A stretch of DNA of 64,000 nt, taken from positions 62,001 to 126,000 of the forward strand of contig JAQGDQ010000124.1 of NCBI GenBank assembly GCA_030141605.1, written 5' to 3'. Source of the stretch: Tubiluchus corallicola. Taxonomy: Eukaryota > Animalia > Priapulida. A model generated the notes under the pieces. The model was not told where the DNA came from, ran no database searches, and saw nothing but the letters and a program-made list of their open reading frames with translations. Both the position numbers and the translations under genes were made by a program. How positions within the stretch are numbered: the stretch's first letter is position 1; the number at the start of each line of letters is the position of its first letter. This document shows, one piece after another, positions 60,283 to 64,000 of the stretch.

Positions 60283-63200
60283 GTGAGTATAACAAAGTAG
60301 TAATCCTTGTGTAATAAGTAGGCTATTTCCCAGTTACTAACTATGTAATTTGAATTCAGTAATTGCTTTAGGTATTTTTTATCACTGTGAATGCTAGAAG
60401 TTAATAAACCATTGCAGTTTATGTCACAACAACTGTTAACTTTGTGGTTAATGAGTTGAAGAAAAGAAAAGCTGAAAAGTTGTGAACCAATCAGAACTTG
60501 AAAGCGAGACCCTGGGATTAGAACTTCCATTTCTTGCCTCTTGAGCTAATGATTCAGCATGACACAGTAGGTCTAAGTTCTCATCCTTATGGCACACAGT
60601 CCAACAGTGCCAGCTGTGCCATTGTCACACTAGTGTGATCTGCGCTTTGGATATTTGCATTCTGGAAATTGGTTGCCCTTTGCAAAAGATGCAGCAAAAG
60701 TGCAAACAAACATTTGAGCTTTCAATTTTTAAGAAGTGGGTTAGCACTCATTTTGCATTCTTACTATCACCAAACCATGTTGGCAGAGCTTGAACTTGCT
60801 ATTGAATGAAAGTGATTAAGTTAAAATATAAGATTGGCAAATAATAAATCATGAGCATGCAAACCATATCTGTGGATATATGACTGTAACTGGCTAAGTA
60901 AATCATGCCAGTTGACAGTATATGCAGCTACATCATTGTGCTTCAGTCTGCCTTCTGTTTGAAAGCAATTGCCTATGTAAATATCGTGTGATGGAGACTC
61001 ATCAAGTACCCTCACTGTAACGCTATTAGCAATGAGAATGCTGCACGTTAATCACTCGCTGGCACTCATACTCCTTCATAGAAATCTGCCTTCAGCAAGC
61101 CATTGAAATGGAAATTGAGATCGTGAAATCAGGGTCATTTGTATCTATTGAATGTTAGTTTCTTTCTACTTGTACTTCGTTATCTTGAATACTAGTTGAG
61201 AGGCAGTGGGGGCTAGTAAGTAAACTTCAATCAATTCTGGTATTGTTATCCACGAACAGATGACCAAATTTGTGTTTTATTCTTTAGAAGAGCCTCTTTA
61301 GTATAATAAAGGGTCAAGATTCAGTGCAAACATAGAATTGTAATAACTACGTAGAAATTCTTGGTTTTTTCAAATTAATGTAGACAGCTCTACACACAAA
61401 CGACATTCGACTTGTGCGTCAAGAAAATTTGCAGCATTGTCAAGTCATTTTATACAGTTGTGAGTTTGACACTGCTTGCAGATTGGCACTATGTGGCCCA
61501 AAAAATGTGACCTTGTTCTCTTGCCTTCAGGACTTTAGCACTTCTGTTTATTTTCCTTGTTTAACAAAAGCAGTCTGTGTTTGTTTTTGTGTAAAACTTT
61601 GTTGAACCCCAATTTGAGCTTTATTTTACTTCTAAAAGTATATATTGACTTTATGCCTGCATTTGTAATATATAAACCTTGATTATATGTATATGAAATA
61701 ATGAACATTCTTTATTCCAAAAATTATTTTATAAAGTTAGTCTATAAGCAGTTTTATTATATTCCTATTCTCTCATTCACTCTTTTTCATTTAGTTTCTC
61801 ATACAATAGTTGTCTATGGGTTGTTTCTTGCCAGTTTATCTGTGCGTTTACATACATACACTGTACAGTGTTGCACCAAGAAGTTCACCAGTGTCTATCT
61901 ATCTATCTACTACAACGCACTTCTTCACTTTGCTCCTCTGACAATACCGTTCTTTAGCTGCTTGCCAGCTTAATTGTTAGTACATTTTATTACTTACCTC
62001 CATGCTTACTTATGCAGTTAAATAGGGTAAAACAATTACTGGTTATATGAAGGTAAAGAATTATCTGAATACATTGCACTGATTTAATTGGGCAGGTAAT
62101 ATAAAGTAACGCTTCTGTACGTTTTACTTGACTTGTAGAACCAGTGCCGTAATTTGATAATTTCTTGAATTCTTTCCCACACAATGTCGCAGACAATTCT
62201 GGTACCGTAACATACATTGTAAAACATGAAAAAATGCATGAATTTGCTGATTTATGTTAAATGGAAGCATTTCAATAGTTTCTAGAGATTTGGTTGCCTG
62301 TACCTAAAGCACTGTCATCGGTAAGTCTTCAGTGTTTAAAGATATTTGTCTCTTGTTGGGTTTTAGTCCCTTGATTGGTTTGACAGTGGATATGCACTAG
62401 AATGCTTTGTTAACATCATCTTGGTGTGCTCTCTGGTGTGCTTGTATGTTCCTGGGTTTGTTCCAAGCTGGTGGGGGTTTTAATTAATTTCTGTAACTGT
62501 TAATGCAGTTGTAGATTTTTTGTCAAGATATTCAAAGTTAGACATATCTGTTTATCCTTTTTAACTGCTACTTACAGTTCTTGTTATAACTGTCCTTTGC
62601 TTCATAGTTCTCAGTGATAGCTGTTAATTTTTTATTTTCTGATGAAACAAGGTTTTATCGATTAACTGCAAAAGAACGCTTTGGAATACAGTTTGATTTT
62701 CGTTTCCGCCTTTTGTATGAGTAGAATTATGCATTAATTAATAGATTCTAGACTGACAGCATTTTTATGAAGTATTAAATCTGTCCTATAAATTTGATAT
62801 GGCATTAACAGAATCATTTTCCGGTGAGAAATTTGTGAAATTAAGAATTGCTTGTGTTATGTTTTTTATTAAATTATATTCTTGTTTTCCCAGGATTGTG
62901 CAAAGTGTTACTAATTTTGTATACTTTTATGTCATTCTTATCGATGGTCTTCATGTTTCACTAAAATTTTTGGAAAACTACGTTAACTTACTAATTAGTT
63001 ATATTTCTGGGTGTATTGTTCTTGTTACTGGCATTATGATTACGACGATTCCCCAAGGGAATCAACTTGCAAAATTTTGGCATGTGTGTGTGATGTCTAT
63101 TAAAGAGATTTGTGTCATGAATGTTGTTTGCAGTTGTTTGATCTGGTAGTAAAATCTGCAGAATTTGTCTTATACTGCAGTATATGTTTGTAAACACAGG

Positions 63201-64000
63201 ATCGGTAGCGTACATTATGGTGAAAGAGCAAGCGTCTTTGTCTGTTTGTAAACAACTACTTGTATTTGTAAATAATATATGTTGTCAGTTTGTCAATGTT
63301 GATTAACAGGCTAGCTCTGAATATTTAATTTATGAGTTTAATAAACTTCATTGTGGGGTTATATGGGTCATTCAGGTCAAATGATATGTATGAGAGTAAT
63401 GAGTAGAGTAATGCACAACAAAGTAAAAGGTAATAAGAATTTGAAATCACGATGGAAGATGTAAATTTTAGTGAAATGTTTTTGTCCTTGTGGCCTGTTT
63501 TCAAATCTTAGCTGACATTTTGCTAGTACTTTTATTAAATATAAGCTTGCATTTTTTTGTTTTTTCTGCTTTTGCATTTTTCTCGTACCTGTTTTAATAT
63601 TTGTTAGTTTTTAGTTTACAGATGATGGGGCTCTTGAGAGTGAAAGCTACTGTTCGTGTAATACCTATTTAAACTTGCTGCATATGTTTATTTTTCTGTG
63701 CAAAAATGATTTTTTTTGATATTTTTAAGTGTTTTTTCTTGAAATTTTCTCACACCAGCAGAACCTTCACTTTCTGAATCATTCATGCAGTGTTTCAGCT
63801 GTAGTATTTACAGTACTGTGATGTTAAACACATTCGTGATTGGCATCGGAATTCTTAACAGAATTTAATATCCCAGTTTCATCAATAATTTCAACTGCAA
63901 ATGTCACGAACTGTTTTTATTTTTACTGCGAACATTTTTAACTCTCACACGATCTTACATTATTGATTTTGAATGTGTGACACTATTCCCGGGTTGTATA

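Noticed and set aside
63622-63660. Possible further Piezo exon after tttacag
   Set aside because: No recognisable Piezo homology, ambiguous phase and weak donor.
1-64000. Prokaryotic systems (CRISPR arrays, operons, rRNA)
   Set aside because: The window is spliceosomal-intron-containing animal DNA; no regularly spaced repeat-spacer array or rRNA-like sequence was seen.

Overview
AT-rich, intron-rich animal (invertebrate, probably arthropod by inference) genomic DNA with five spliced protein-coding genes, which I assembled by hand from GT-AG junctions and frame continuity. They are: the 5' part of PWP2/UTP1 (-, runs off the left edge, missed by the ORF track); V-ATPase proteolipid subunit c (+, complete); an MFSD6-like MFS transporter (-, complete, 620 aa); a GALNT10/pgant6-type polypeptide GalNAc-transferase (-, complete, about 617 aa); and the 5' part of Piezo (+, runs off the right edge). 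Introns hold LINE fragments, a Tc1 derivative nested in a LINE, and several MITEs. Main finding: the GALNT gene has four intact tandem paralogous copies of one internal exon (8a-8d, 111/114 nt, all phase 0). This exon encodes the third Mn-ligand His and the catalytic flexible loop, so it looks like a mutually exclusive exon cassette that swaps the active-site loop. Two intronic elements and one intra-exonic element are reverse-complementary to the conserved exon core (CCATGCTCTC-N5-GGCCA), suggesting competing RNA pairing controls exon choice. All splicing is inferred from sequence only; no transcript data were available.
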